64,000 bases of DNA, from NCBI GenBank assembly GCA_963806035.1, contig CAWDWO010000007.1, positions 32,001 through 96,000 on the forward strand, given 5' to 3'. A program made the position numbers and the translations under genes. The notes beneath the pieces are model-generated. The model searched no databases. It was given only the letters and a program-made list of their open reading frames with translations, and was not told the origin of the DNA. Source of the DNA: Candidatus Krumholzibacteriota bacterium. Its GTDB lineage: Bacteria > Krumholzibacteriota > Krumholzibacteriia > JAJRXK01. Shown here piece after piece: positions 27,487 through 38,082 of this stretch. How positions within the stretch are numbered: position 1 is the first letter of the stretch; each line of letters starts with the position of its first letter.

Positions 27487-29498
27487 TTGGGTCCGTCCTT
27501 CTCGCCGGCGCCCTGCTCGAGGCGGTCGATCCGTGCCTTGGCCTCTGCAATGTTGTTCTGAGCGCCCTGGTTTCCGGGATCGATCTTCAAAATCTGCTCC
27601 CACTGTCGAATCGCTTCTTCGTAGTTGCCATCGGTGAAGGAACGGAGGCCCGCCAGGTAGTACTGGCGCACCTGCTTCTCCTCGCTCGGGCTGAGGCTGG
27701 CCGGTCCCGACCTGCGGTGGGCGATCTGGTCGAGAAGCGCCAAGGCTTGCGCATGCTTGGGCTCCCGCTTCAAAACCTCGCGGCAAAGCGCTTCAGCCTG
27801 GTCCAGCTCGCCTTTCGAGAACGCCTCGAGCGCTTCGGTGAAGCGGCGCTCCTGTGCCAGCTCCCCGCGGGCGCGTTCGGCGTCGGCCTGCGCTTGCTCG
27901 CTCTCATGGCGAGCGGCATCCAACTCCGCCTTCCAGCGCTTCAGGGCCGCGGCGGGAGCAGGATTATCCGGGTCGAGAGAGGCTACGACGCTCCAGGCAT
28001 TCAATGCGGATTCCCAGTCGCCTGCCTCCTCCGCCGCGGTGGCTCGTGAGGATGCGCTTGCCATCGCGCTGGCCTCGAGGTCCTCCACCTGCTGACGGAG
28101 ACGCGGCAGCATGGGATAGTCCGCAGCGAGATCGCCCAGAGCGTTCAATTCCGCTCGCGCTTTCAGCGCATCGTGTTGGTCCAGCGCGGCCCGGAGTTGA
28201 TTTTCGGTGTCTTCGATCCGGAGCGTGCGCCGCTGCTCGTCGGCCTTTTGCTGCGTGACGCGCTTTTCCAGCTGCTGCAGGCTTGCCAGCTGGGTCCTCA
28301 GAGAATCATCGGCCACACCAAGACTGCGGGCCCGCGCCAGGCTCTTCTGCGCGTCCTGGAGCGAATCCCGGCTGAGCGCATCCTGGAAATCCTGCACCGC
28401 ACTCGTGATTTGGGCCTTGCGCCAGTTCTCCACGGCTTCCATGCGCGCCTGCATCAACTCTTTGGCCCGCAGTTCGTCGCGGTGACGGCGCCGATCCTTC
28501 ATGTCCTGGCCGAAGTACCAGGAGAGGCTCAAGAACTGGGATGATCCCAATTCTCCGCCCGAACGAAACGCATAGTCCACGGAGTAGTCCCGCCAGCGTC
28601 CACCCAGACCGGCGTTGAAATGGCCATCGTCGTAGCTGAGACGCAGGGTGTAGAGTCCTTGGTACTCGGCTTCCGCGCCCAGTCCGAGACGCTTGGCGGC
28701 GTACTGTGGTTTGTCGTAGACCGCGGCCAACTGGAGAGCCGTGTTCTCGCTGAATTCATGCCGTTTGCTCAGGGCAAAGCGCTGCGCATAGGGCAGCGTG
28801 TCTTCGCGCTCGATGAGCCTGAAGCTCGGTGCGATCAGATTCTGGTATACAAAGGAGAGCCGGACTCCCCCGAGACGCGGAGGGACCCAGGCCAGGCCCA
28901 AGTCCATGCCACCGCTGGTGCTCTTCTCTTCCAGATCCAGGCTGTGGATCTTGGCGCTCGTGCCCAAATCGAGCCTGCCGCCGAGGTACGGCAGCCTTCC
29001 CCCATATCCGTAACTCAAGAAAAGCTGTGTCTCTCCGTAGCTGATGCTTCCGGTGGGTCGGCTGGTACTGTCGTAGGTTTCGATGTCCCCCAGTTTGAGC
29101 CGCAGGAAGCCGATGCCGAAGCCTCCGGCGTTCAGAGTAGGATAGGCGAGTCCCAAGTAGCCGTAGGAGGCTCCGCCATCGAGACCGTAAAGACGGTTGT
29201 AGCTGAAGGTGAGCTGTGATCCTCGAGCATGGGGCAAGAGTGCCGGGTTCCAGAAGCAGGCGCTGGCATCATCGGCCAGGCCCACCATCGTCGATCCCAA
29301 ACCCACTCCGCGCGCGGTAGGACCGAGCTTGAAAATAGACTCGGTGCCTCCACCGTCGTCCGCGGCTCGGGCCAATCCCGCAGGGAAGAAGCACATGAGC
29401 AGAAGCAGCAGAAGGGCAGAAGCCGCGGCTCCGCGCGCGTTCTCACAGCGCGAAGTGTGCCTCGAGGTGGGCACGAAGTTCGGATAGCCGCGCCTCAT
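27483..29498 (-). CDS. PorV/UPF0164-like beta-barrel fused to coiled-coil and TPR repeats
   Basis: 'LGPTARGVGLG...ADDASACFWNPALL' PorV-family N-terminus; barrel ends 'FLSLSWYFG'; TPRs such as 'GNYEEAIRQWEQILKIDPGN'. ATG overlaps the giant gene's stop. Confidence 0.85.
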   Translation of the reverse strand: MRRGYPNFVPTSRHTSRCENARGAAASALLLLLLMCFFPAGLARAADDGGGTESIFKLGPTARGVGLGSTMVGLADDASACFWNPALLPHARGSQLTFSYNRLYGLDGGASYGYLGLAYPTLNAGGFGIGFLRLKLGDIETYDSTSRPTGSISYGETQLFLSYGYGGRLPYLGGRLDLGTSAKIHSLDLEEKSTSGGMDLGLAWVPPRLGGVRLSFVYQNLIAPSFRLIEREDTLPYAQRFALSKRHEFSENTALQLAAVYDKPQYAAKRLGLGAEAEYQGLYTLRLSYDDGHFNAGLGGRWRDYSVDYAFRSGGELGSSQFLSLSWYFGQDMKDRRRHRDELRAKELMQARMEAVENWRKAQITSAVQDFQDALSRDSLQDAQKSLARARSLGVADDSLRTQLASLQQLEKRVTQQKADEQRRTLRIEDTENQLRAALDQHDALKARAELNALGDLAADYPMLPRLRQQVEDLEASAMASASSRATAAEEAGDWESALNAWSVVASLDPDNPAPAAALKRWKAELDAARHESEQAQADAERARGELAQERRFTEALEAFSKGELDQAEALCREVLKREPKHAQALALLDQIAHRRSGPASLSPSEEKQVRQYYLAGLRSFTDGNYEEAIRQWEQILKIDPGNQGAQNNIAEAKARIDRLEQGAGEKDGPK

Positions 29499-32400
29499 CG
29501 TGTCACCGCGATTCTGAAGTAGATCTCCCCGCCGGCCGCACGCACACGACAGATGTAGACCCCGTTCCGCACCTCTTGACCGAGACCGTTGCGCCCGTCC
29601 CACAGCACATCACCGTCATGAATTCCAGGCTCCGCTTGCGAACTCCCGGCGGCAAAGCTCCACTGGCGAACTCGCTTTCCCAAAAGATCGAAAATCTCGA
29701 TCTCGACCGGACCGCTCTGAGGGAGTGAATACGAGAGAGTGGCGGGCTCTCGACTCGGAACGAAGGGATTGGGATAGCTGTGAGCATCGAACTCGGAAGA
29801 CGCCTTCGCCGTGACACTCGGACCGGCCAGGATGAGCGAGTGGCCGCCCCCCTCTTCGTCGAGTAAGGCATAGCTGAGCGCAAATCCCCCGGAGTCCAGG
29901 ATGGAAGCGCTGCCGCCGTCCAACGCAAAACGGAAGGAGACATAGTCCGCATCGGCCTTGGCCTGCACCCCGACGCGGAACGCGGCCGAGCTGTCCGAAT
30001 CGATGACGAGGTCCACGGGAACGATCACGGGATTACCATTGACCGCCGCGCTCCAGTTCTGAGTGCCGTCGGTACGCCGCACCTGAATCGTCTGCAAGAA
30101 GCTCGACGGATTGGCGAAGGGCTGTCCCGCGTCGTCGACCAGGTTCAGCGCGAGCTGGGTGAAGTGCACCGCTTCGGGGTGACCGTTGCTGATGTGAACG
30201 GCAAAGCGCTCGTAGATGCGGTCGCTACCGATCAGCGGGCCGGTGTCGCTCAAGTCGCTGATTTCAAGCCGCAGTGGATCGGCCAGAATCGATAGCGCGA
30301 CCGAACTCTCGGCCGTCGCTTCGCCGGCCGGCAATCCGCTGTTCTCGTCTAGGGGGATCTGCTCGGCGGTCAGAGTGATCTTCTGTACGCCCAGGTCCAA
30401 GCTGGTCGGACCCTGTAATCTCCACACGACCTCGTCGCTCGGATCGACGAGATCGACGCTGGCCGTCTTGCCATCGAGAATGCTGAAGCCGGAGGGAACC
30501 GAAAGGTGCAGCCGTGCTGGCGGTAGGGTTTGCGCACTGCCACTGAGTACAAAATTTCCATGAAGTTCGACGACCGCTCCCGGCGGCAGTTCTCCCCGAT
30601 CGCGGGCACTGTTGGGCTCCAGAATCGTCAGTCGAGGAACGGCATGGGCGGCTTCCACGACCTGAAGATTCACGCTCGCGCAGGTATCCGCCAACACGCT
30701 GCTGCTCTGCACGTCAGTGGCGTGTGCCACCGTGCGCAGCAGCAGGCCTGCCGCCGGGGTATTCGGGCAGAGAACCTGCCAGTTCACCGTGGTCTGTCCA
30801 TCCGTCAGCATCTGACGGGCATTCCCTCCCACCAGCGCCAACTGCGGCGGCAAGAGCAGCTCGAGAGATCGCTGTTGCAAATTCGCTGGCCCGTCCACTT
30901 CTCCCTGCAGGGTGAAGGTCTGTCCCGTACTCAGAACGGTATCCTGAGCGCCCTGGGGCGAAATGATGCTCAAGCTGCAAGTATCGAAGGCGGTCCCGCC
31001 GAAAACCTCGAGCTGCAAAGTGCGGCTGGAGGCGCTGGTGAGCGGCCGCGCATCGGGATCGTTGGCGTCCAGGTCCACGCGCGAGAGCGCCGCCACCAGG
31101 TCGACGGTCTGTACCGTCGAAGGGGCCACGAGTCGAATCGTCGCTTCGGGATTGGAAGGATCGAGCTGAACCGGAAGAGTGCTTTGGGAGTCCAGAGTGA
31201 AACCCTGCAGACTGTTGAAATCGACCTCCACCGGCAACCAGGACCCGGATTGCTGTACGGAAGCATCCTGATCCACCGCGAAACGCACGGAAAAAATCTG
31301 GCCTGGCGATACGGACATGGCGAGCGGATCGACGCTGTCCACGAGTTCTGCGCGGAAGCTGAGGGAGACTGGCCGCTGAACCTGAAGATTCGCCAGATCG
31401 TCCAGCGGACTCTGGGGCACGATTTCCTGCTGAGTAGTGGAGGACAATGCGCGCACGATCAAAGCCCGCAAGGACTCCGGTCCTGGAGTGGTCGTGATGC
31501 TCGTGTCGAAGTACAGGGTATCGATCTCGCTCGACTCCAGGCGCGGAACCGAAATGTCCGCCGCGCTCGAAGCGGGCGTCGCGCTTCCAGCCAAACGCAC
31601 GGTGAGCGAATCGATGGCCTCGCCGGCGTTGTTGCCCACGACGACCCTCACCCCGATGTGCTGGCGGGTGTTGACTTGACTGAGAGGGGCACTCGGGTTC
31701 AGGGCAGTGGTCGAAAGAATGCGCAATCCGGCCGGATCGAAGAGGGTGAGCGTACCGTTCGGCAGAGGCAGATCCGAGTCGAAGGGCAAACCGTTCTGTG
31801 TGCCTCGCACCCGCAGGTAACCCTGCGGGGTGCCCAAAATTAGATCCGAGGGCAAGGCCAGAGGGGAGAAGGCGAGCTGGGTGGTGCCCGTGGGCACGCT
31901 CGCCGGCGAAAGCGGATCGAGCACCGCCCCGATGCGCGCGCCCTGAGGCTCGCCGAAGTCAAGACGTGTCGTGAGGGGATCGAGTACGAGCTGTGCCTCT
32001 CCCTGGTTCGTCAGCGAGAGTTTGAACCCGACCGTCGATCCACGCAGGGCCGCGGCTGGATCGAGAGGCGTGGCAGCGAGGACCAGATCAGCCGGCGTTT
32101 CGGTGCTGATCGCGTCGACCTGAATGAGATCCGCGGAGAAGGGGAAGCTGTTCTCCGTGCCTGCCAGGTGCAGCTGTAGGTCCTGGCTCTGGCTCCCCAG
32201 GGCCGCATCCACCGTGGTGGGACCGAAGCTCAGCTCGGCTTCCTGGCCGGGTGCGAGAGCCAGAGAGCTGCTCAAGGCGCCGCTCCAGAGCCCGCCTCCA
32301 AAGCTCGCGAAGGAACTGGCCGCGTTCAGGGAAACCGTGGCGCCACCGTTGTTCTTGACCCGTGCCTTCAAGAGTAGATTGGCCCCGTGGTGGATTCGAG

Positions 32401-35400
32401 ACGGGGTCACGCTTTTGTCGACCAGCTCGAGCTGTGATGCGCTGCTCACGCTGAGCGGCGTGGCCGAGGAGTCCGCAGGTGCCGTGAACTCGGCCCCTGC
32501 TACCGTCCCCGTGACGCGCGCCACGAAGCGGTAGTTCCCCGGCGGGGTGGCACTCCCCACTCTGACTCGCGAAGAGAGATCACGCTGACCACCGGCCGCG
32601 ACTGCTCCCAAGGGGTCCTGATCGACCAGGGTGAAATCCGCCGCCGGTGAGGACTGCAATGCCAGCTGCGAGATTCCGACGGAACCCGCGCCGAGGTTTT
32701 CCACCGTGACGCGAACGTTGAGAGTATCCCCCGGTACCGCCTGCGTCTCGTGACTCACCGAGCGAATGGCAAGGCCGCTGACCAGAAACGAGCCCTGCGG
32801 AAGCACGATGAAGCTCGAAACTGCTTGCCCGTGCGTGTCCTGCCCCGCCAGTTGCAGCGTGGGCCGGAACGAGCCCAGAGCGAAACTCGCGGGGAGGGTC
32901 GCCGTGCTGAAATTGAGGACTTGGCTCGACGAGGCCGGCACCACGGTATCGCTGGGGAGCGAGGCGGCGAGGACCCCTCCCTGTCCATCCTCGATCTTCA
33001 GTTGCGAGAGTCCAGCGTCCAGGATTGCGTCGACGCCCCCGGTATTCTGTAGCGTGATGCTGAAGTTTAGATTCTGCCCCGGCACCGCGGCCGCGGGAGT
33101 GAGCGCGCCATCGAGCGCCAGTGAGGCAGGCGACACGAAGATCGCGTCCGCGCTGCCCATGGCGGCCGCGCTCGCGAAGGAGACGGTGACCGTTCCGGCA
33201 GTGAGAGGAGACGCCAGCCGCAGGCCCACCATTCCCGATCCGTCGCTCAGCCTTTGAATCCCGCTGCGCTGGGGATCGAGATCGTCGGAGATGATCGCTC
33301 CTCCGTTTGCGCTCACGTCCACTGAGCTTCCCGCCGCCACCACGTTTCCGAATGCGTCGCGAATCGGTCCCGCGCTCAGCCGCGTCACCGAGACCCCATT
33401 GGCCGTGTTCTCGCTCGGATCCACGATGGGCACCGGAATCGTTCCCGAGGGCGAAGCGGGAACCACCAAGAGATTGTTCAGACTGCCCCCAACCGCGGGC
33501 AGGGCGGCCAGGCTCACGTCCAGGGTCAAGGGACCGGCCTGCTGGGCGCTGAGATCCACCGTGGCTTTCCCCGCCACCAGCGAAGCCGGAGAAGGTGTCA
33601 CGCTCAGCACGGATGGACTCGAGTTGAACGCCAGCTCGCCCGCCAGGTCGACCTCGTTGCCCGCGGAGTCCCTGGCGACGATCGTGAGAGAGTTGGGAGT
33701 TCCCGCGGTGAGAAGCGTGTCGCTGATCGAAAGCTCGAGATGGTCCGCGGAGCCTGGCAGAGCCTCTACCGTCCAGCGAACGGTCTCCAGCGAGCCGGGC
33801 GTGCCGTCCAGGATGGAGGCGCCGACCCGGTGCTCTCCGCTGCTCGTGGAAAGATGGAGTACAAAGGACAGCTCTCCGTTGGCATCGGTCGAAGCGAGAC
33901 CATCATCCGTGGGTACGCTGGGGTCTTCCAGACTCGCTCCCGAAGGAGCGCTCAAGAGACTCAGACGCACGGGAACCCCACTGACCGCATTGCCATAGCT
34001 GTCGGCGACTCGCGCGAGCAGCGTGACCGTCGTTCCGGCCGGCGCGCTCTGCAGCGTGTCACCCACGGCGCTGAGCCGGAAGGCGGCGCCCGCCGACACT
34101 TCGATCAAAGGGCTCTGGGCGTTGATTGAAGGCTGCGATTTCAGGCTTGCCGTGACGGAAAACTGCTCCACCAGGGTGTCCCGCGCACTGGCCGAGAGAA
34201 GGCCCGCGTTCAGCGCGCCTTCAGAGGGAGTCAGGACGATTCCGGTTCCGGTGGAACTCAGCTCGACGGAGTCCGCTGCCGCCAGCACCCGGTTGCCCGC
34301 TGCATCGAGGGCGGTGATCGTCAGGGGAAGAGCCTGACCCGCTATCACGCTGGTCTGCGAGGGAAGCACGGCGAGCGAGGCAATGGGTCCGGCCACGGTA
34401 TTCACCACGAAAAGGACCGTCTCCCGCGCGACGGGACTGCCATCCAGAATTCCCACTCGCAGGCGCAGGGTCTGCACCGTCGAGTCGGTGAGTACAGTGA
34501 AAGTCGCATGGCCGTTGGCGTCGCTGCTTGCGGGGCCGGCCTGGAGTGTGCCTCCCTCCAGCTGCAGGACATTCAGCGTCTGGTTGCCAACTGAGTTGCC
34601 CAAGGCATCCAGCACCTGCACCCCGAGGTCCACGCTCGAACCCGCGGTCACGCCGGACAGGGTATCCGCGCCCGTGCTCACCAGTTCGTAGGCACTGCCC
34701 GAGCCCACACTCAGAAGCGGACCCAGATAGCCCTTGCCCTTGGCGCTGAGACGAATGTGATAGCTTCCCGCGGTGTCGATGCGCTGCAGGGAAGTCGAAA
34801 AGCTTCCCCCGATGAGCTGACCCTCAGAGACGTTGAGCGGAAGCGGGACCACCACGGTGCTGTCCGCACCGTCGACCAGGTCGAAGGAAAAGCTGTCTGA
34901 TGCGGCGCTGGCCAAATTTCCAAAGGCGTCGTACGCCGTTGCACTCAAGGAGAAGGGGGCTCCCGCGGTCGCGGTCGCGGGATAGGCGAGCTGATACTCA
35001 GCCACCATCGTGCCGGCCAAGATTTGCAGGCTCCCGCTATCTCCGTCCAAGAGCGCCGCCGAATCGTCCGCGCTGAAGGCGTGCGTACCGGCCAAACTTC
35101 CCTGGTAGTAGACCGTGGCCTGTCCGCTGACCGCGAGGTTCAGCGTATCGAGATACGGTCCGCCGCTCTGCGCCGAGAAAACCAGACCGGTCGCGGGATC
35201 TGCGTGCACGATGACGGTGGCCGAAGAGCTCGAACTCAGATTGGCGAAGCTATCCACCAGCGACAGCCCGAAGCTGCCTTCGACTCCAGCCTCGACCGCG
35301 CCCGCGGGCGGGGAGAGCCGAATCGCGCTCGCGTTCCCCACTACCGAGCTATAGACGAGATCGTTGACCGCGCCCGAGGAGACTTGACTCGAGCTAGCAT

Positions 35401-38047
35401 CCAGAACGTCCTGAAGTCCGGCCGTGGAGGGCGCGCGGTACATCACGTGGATCAGCCCGTTCCCATCGGTCAAGCCGCGCTGCGTGGCCAGACCGAGAGA
35501 ATCCGTCTCTCCCACTCCGGAGAGAATCCCGTCCAGCAAATCGCTGGAAAACAAGGTCACCTCGGCGCCCGCTACTGGATTTCCATAGGAGTCGCTCGCC
35601 AAAGCCGCGACGAGTTCCGTGCCACCCACCACGAGGTTCCTCGGCCCGTTGGGTTGAAGGACGAGACTGCTCATCGGACCCGCAGTGGCGATGGCGTTGA
35701 AGTTCACCGAAGGCGCGAAGGAAGATTCCGCTGACAGACTCTGGAGACCCGCCACCGTGCCCAACTCCCAGAGAGCACAGCTCGCGTATCCGAGCGAATC
35801 GCTCAGGGCCGTGTTCTGGTCGCCGGGAGTGAGAGGGTCCGTGTCCACACGTCCACCGTCGGCCAAAATGAACTGCACGGTGGCTCCGCTCACTGGATTG
35901 CCAAAGGCATCCAGCGCGCGCGTCCGCAGAGCTTGCGCGACGGCAGTCCCCACGGTGGCGCTCTGTCCGTCTCCCGCGGTCAGCTGCAGATCGCTTGCGG
36001 GCGCTGCGAGGAAGCTCAGATCCGCGCTGCCGGATGCCGATCCGTCGCTGAGGATGACTGTCAGATCCTCCGCCAGCGTGTTGGTGAGTTGCAGCTCGAC
36101 TCTTCCCGAATCGGCCGCTGCGAAGCTGTAGTCCGCCTCGCCGCCGGGCAGAGGAGTCAGGCTTCCCGCGCCGCTGCTGGCCCAGTTCAGATTGCTCCCG
36201 TCGCCCGAACTCGAACTCGAAAGGTGCACCGTGCCGCCGTAGTTACCCACGCGATTTCCCGTGGCATCCAACGCGTCCGCGCGAATTGCGAGGGCCGTTC
36301 CCGCGCTTCCGATGGCGCCTGCCGGCAGGCTCAACGCAAAATGGTCCAGTGGCCCGGCTACGAATTCCAGATTCAGTGGGGGACCTACCGGCAAGCCGTC
36401 GAGGCTCGCCTGTGCTGTTCCCGCGCCGGGGGTGGTGGAGCGCAAGCTCGCATGAAACTGTCCCGAGGCATCGGTGCTCGCGTCCAGTTTTTCGAGCTGC
36501 CACGCGGCCGGGAGCGTGAAACCGATGCGACTCGAGTCGATGTTCGCTACGGCATTGCCGAAAGCATCCTCCATACGCAGAAGCAAGCCGATGGTGTCGA
36601 CTCCGTCGGCGACCGCGGAGGCATCGCCGGAGAGCGTGGTCGAGGAAGAATCGACGGAAGAGGCCGTGAACTCGACGAGGGGTTGGGAGCTGAGCGTCAC
36701 GCCCGCGGCCGTTACGCTCACGGGCCTGACGCCAGCGCTCGTCGAACGAAGCCTTGCCGCGAATTTGCCGTCAGCCGCGCTCGATCCACTCAGCTTTTCC
36801 ACTGCCACCGCACTGGAGCTGATCACGATCTGCGCGCTGTCGACGCCAGCCACTGCATTGTCGAAGGCATCGCGCAGGGTTGTCTGCAGGGTCGTGAAAT
36901 CAGAGCCGTCGGCGAGCGCCGGCCCGGCAAGGACAGCCGTGGAATGATCGGGGTCCACCGGTCCCGCGCTGAAGTCGAGATCGAGAGTGTCGCTCAGCGC
37001 CACTCCGCCCACTGAAACCGCGAGACGGCGGGCCGATGCGACAGTGGTGCGCAGAAGCGTCGCGAAGGACCCATCCAGGGCCGAGTTCGCCGCCTGCTTT
37101 TCGACGCTGAGCCCATCCCCCAATACCGTGAAAACGATGGAGGAGGAATCGACTTGCGAAACCGCGGTTCCGCCGCTGTCGCGAAGAACGAGATCCACTT
37201 GGATAGCGTCGACACCGTCGGCCACGGCAGACGTGCCGCCACTCAGACTGGATTGTACCGGGTCGACTGCTCGTGGTGTGAAGATCACGGTGGGGTGAGT
37301 GTCGAGCGTCGAGCCGTCCACGACCGCATCCAGGCTCCAAGAGCCCGCCAGAAGCGTTCTGACTCGCAGGGGAAAGCTGCCGTCGGCCGCGCTGGCCGCT
37401 GTCGGCTTCTCGACCGAATAAGCGGGAGCTGACAGTGCAACCGAAATGCGCGCGCTGTCCACCCCGGCAATCGTGTTCCCGAACGCGTCGCGCAGAATCA
37501 GAGTGACCGAGCTGAAGGCGCTCCCGTCGGCCACTACCGGAGAAGTCGCACTCACGGAGCTCTGCTGAGAATCGACTGCGGCGGGAATCAGGGTGATGGT
37601 GGTTTGATCGAAACCCAAGTCCGGAGCCGCGGAAGATCCGTCGACCACGGTGAGCCCGACCGGCAGCGAGTTGAGGTGGGTGGCGCGAAACAGGAGGTCC
37701 ACTCCGGAGGAATCGGCGGCAATGCTCGCTGAACTCACCGCGGGACCCCCCACGAAGCGGTGATAGCTTCCGGAGGAGTTGTCGCTGAAGAGGTCGATCA
37801 CCTGTGAGGCGGACACCGGCGAGGGATCACCGGTACTGTCCACGCTGAGGACCCGAATGGGCAGGTACTCCCCCGCGGTCGCCGTGTCCGAGGAGGTCTG
37901 GATCATCAGCGCGGATGGGGGTTGCGCGGCAAGGGAGGCGCGGGGCAGAAGCACACAGAAGCACACCGTGCTGAGGAGCAGGGAAACTCGTCTCAACGGT
38001 GCGAGACGATCGTGAATGCGCGTGAGTGGTCCCGGCATGGTGTTCAT
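29495..38047 (-). CDS. Giant (2850 aa) Ig-like/invasin-repeat surface protein with T9SS/FlgD-type C-terminal domain
   Basis: Signal peptide, many 'D.FGN.V' Big_1-like units, S/A/L/G-rich composition, C-terminal 'YPNPF...IFDLLG...WDGRN...NGVYICR'. Confidence 0.88.
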   Translation of the reverse strand: MNTMPGPLTRIHDRLAPLRRVSLLLSTVCFCVLLPRASLAAQPPSALMIQTSSDTATAGEYLPIRVLSVDSTGDPSPVSASQVIDLFSDNSSGSYHRFVGGPAVSSASIAADSSGVDLLFRATHLNSLPVGLTVVDGSSAAPDLGFDQTTITLIPAAVDSQQSSVSATSPVVADGSAFSSVTLILRDAFGNTIAGVDSARISVALSAPAYSVEKPTAASAADGSFPLRVRTLLAGSWSLDAVVDGSTLDTHPTVIFTPRAVDPVQSSLSGGTSAVADGVDAIQVDLVLRDSGGTAVSQVDSSSIVFTVLGDGLSVEKQAANSALDGSFATLLRTTVASARRLAVSVGGVALSDTLDLDFSAGPVDPDHSTAVLAGPALADGSDFTTLQTTLRDAFDNAVAGVDSAQIVISSSAVAVEKLSGSSAADGKFAARLRSTSAGVRPVSVTAAGVTLSSQPLVEFTASSVDSSSTTLSGDASAVADGVDTIGLLLRMEDAFGNAVANIDSSRIGFTLPAAWQLEKLDASTDASGQFHASLRSTTPGAGTAQASLDGLPVGPPLNLEFVAGPLDHFALSLPAGAIGSAGTALAIRADALDATGNRVGNYGGTVHLSSSSSGDGSNLNWASSGAGSLTPLPGGEADYSFAAADSGRVELQLTNTLAEDLTVILSDGSASGSADLSFLAAPASDLQLTAGDGQSATVGTAVAQALRTRALDAFGNPVSGATVQFILADGGRVDTDPLTPGDQNTALSDSLGYASCALWELGTVAGLQSLSAESSFAPSVNFNAIATAGPMSSLVLQPNGPRNLVVGGTELVAALASDSYGNPVAGAEVTLFSSDLLDGILSGVGETDSLGLATQRGLTDGNGLIHVMYRAPSTAGLQDVLDASSSQVSSGAVNDLVYSSVVGNASAIRLSPPAGAVEAGVEGSFGLSLVDSFANLSSSSSATVIVHADPATGLVFSAQSGGPYLDTLNLAVSGQATVYYQGSLAGTHAFSADDSAALLDGDSGSLQILAGTMVAEYQLAYPATATAGAPFSLSATAYDAFGNLASAASDSFSFDLVDGADSTVVVPLPLNVSEGQLIGGSFSTSLQRIDTAGSYHIRLSAKGKGYLGPLLSVGSGSAYELVSTGADTLSGVTAGSSVDLGVQVLDALGNSVGNQTLNVLQLEGGTLQAGPASSDANGHATFTVLTDSTVQTLRLRVGILDGSPVARETVLFVVNTVAGPIASLAVLPSQTSVIAGQALPLTITALDAAGNRVLAAADSVELSSTGTGIVLTPSEGALNAGLLSASARDTLVEQFSVTASLKSQPSINAQSPLIEVSAGAAFRLSAVGDTLQSAPAGTTVTLLARVADSYGNAVSGVPVRLSLLSAPSGASLEDPSVPTDDGLASTDANGELSFVLHLSTSSGEHRVGASILDGTPGSLETVRWTVEALPGSADHLELSISDTLLTAGTPNSLTIVARDSAGNEVDLAGELAFNSSPSVLSVTPSPASLVAGKATVDLSAQQAGPLTLDVSLAALPAVGGSLNNLLVVPASPSGTIPVPIVDPSENTANGVSVTRLSAGPIRDAFGNVVAAGSSVDVSANGGAIISDDLDPQRSGIQRLSDGSGMVGLRLASPLTAGTVTVSFASAAAMGSADAIFVSPASLALDGALTPAAAVPGQNLNFSITLQNTGGVDAILDAGLSQLKIEDGQGGVLAASLPSDTVVPASSSQVLNFSTATLPASFALGSFRPTLQLAGQDTHGQAVSSFIVLPQGSFLVSGLAIRSVSHETQAVPGDTLNVRVTVENLGAGSVGISQLALQSSPAADFTLVDQDPLGAVAAGGQRDLSSRVRVGSATPPGNYRFVARVTGTVAGAEFTAPADSSATPLSVSSASQLELVDKSVTPSRIHHGANLLLKARVKNNGGATVSLNAASSFASFGGGLWSGALSSSLALAPGQEAELSFGPTTVDAALGSQSQDLQLHLAGTENSFPFSADLIQVDAISTETPADLVLAATPLDPAAALRGSTVGFKLSLTNQGEAQLVLDPLTTRLDFGEPQGARIGAVLDPLSPASVPTGTTQLAFSPLALPSDLILGTPQGYLRVRGTQNGLPFDSDLPLPNGTLTLFDPAGLRILSTTALNPSAPLSQVNTRQHIGVRVVVGNNAGEAIDSLTVRLAGSATPASSAADISVPRLESSEIDTLYFDTSITTTPGPESLRALIVRALSSTTQQEIVPQSPLDDLANLQVQRPVSLSFRAELVDSVDPLAMSVSPGQIFSVRFAVDQDASVQQSGSWLPVEVDFNSLQGFTLDSQSTLPVQLDPSNPEATIRLVAPSTVQTVDLVAALSRVDLDANDPDARPLTSASSRTLQLEVFGGTAFDTCSLSIISPQGAQDTVLSTGQTFTLQGEVDGPANLQQRSLELLLPPQLALVGGNARQMLTDGQTTVNWQVLCPNTPAAGLLLRTVAHATDVQSSSVLADTCASVNLQVVEAAHAVPRLTILEPNSARDRGELPPGAVVELHGNFVLSGSAQTLPPARLHLSVPSGFSILDGKTASVDLVDPSDEVVWRLQGPTSLDLGVQKITLTAEQIPLDENSGLPAGEATAESSVALSILADPLRLEISDLSDTGPLIGSDRIYERFAVHISNGHPEAVHFTQLALNLVDDAGQPFANPSSFLQTIQVRRTDGTQNWSAAVNGNPVIVPVDLVIDSDSSAAFRVGVQAKADADYVSFRFALDGGSASILDSGGFALSYALLDEEGGGHSLILAGPSVTAKASSEFDAHSYPNPFVPSREPATLSYSLPQSGPVEIEIFDLLGKRVRQWSFAAGSSQAEPGIHDGDVLWDGRNGLGQEVRNGVYICRVRAAGGEIYFRIAVTR
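36350..37590 (-). repeat. Four tandem ~103-aa Big_1-like repeats inside the giant gene
   Basis: Repeating 'D..S...ADG[S/V]...L[R/E]D.FGN..A.[V/I]DS..I...[V/L]EK.....DG.F...LR[S/T]T' units. Confidence 0.8.
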
Positions 38048-38082
38048 CGCAACCCAAGTGTCTGTGGATCAAGAACTTGGAA

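Noticed and set aside
25045..27561. 838-aa plus-strand ORF (likewise 2287-3978, 37922-39493, 46376-47995, 49576-51156, 56555-58663, 61512-63170)
   Set aside because: Antisense shadows of well-supported minus-strand genes in GC-rich DNA; no recognisable motifs.
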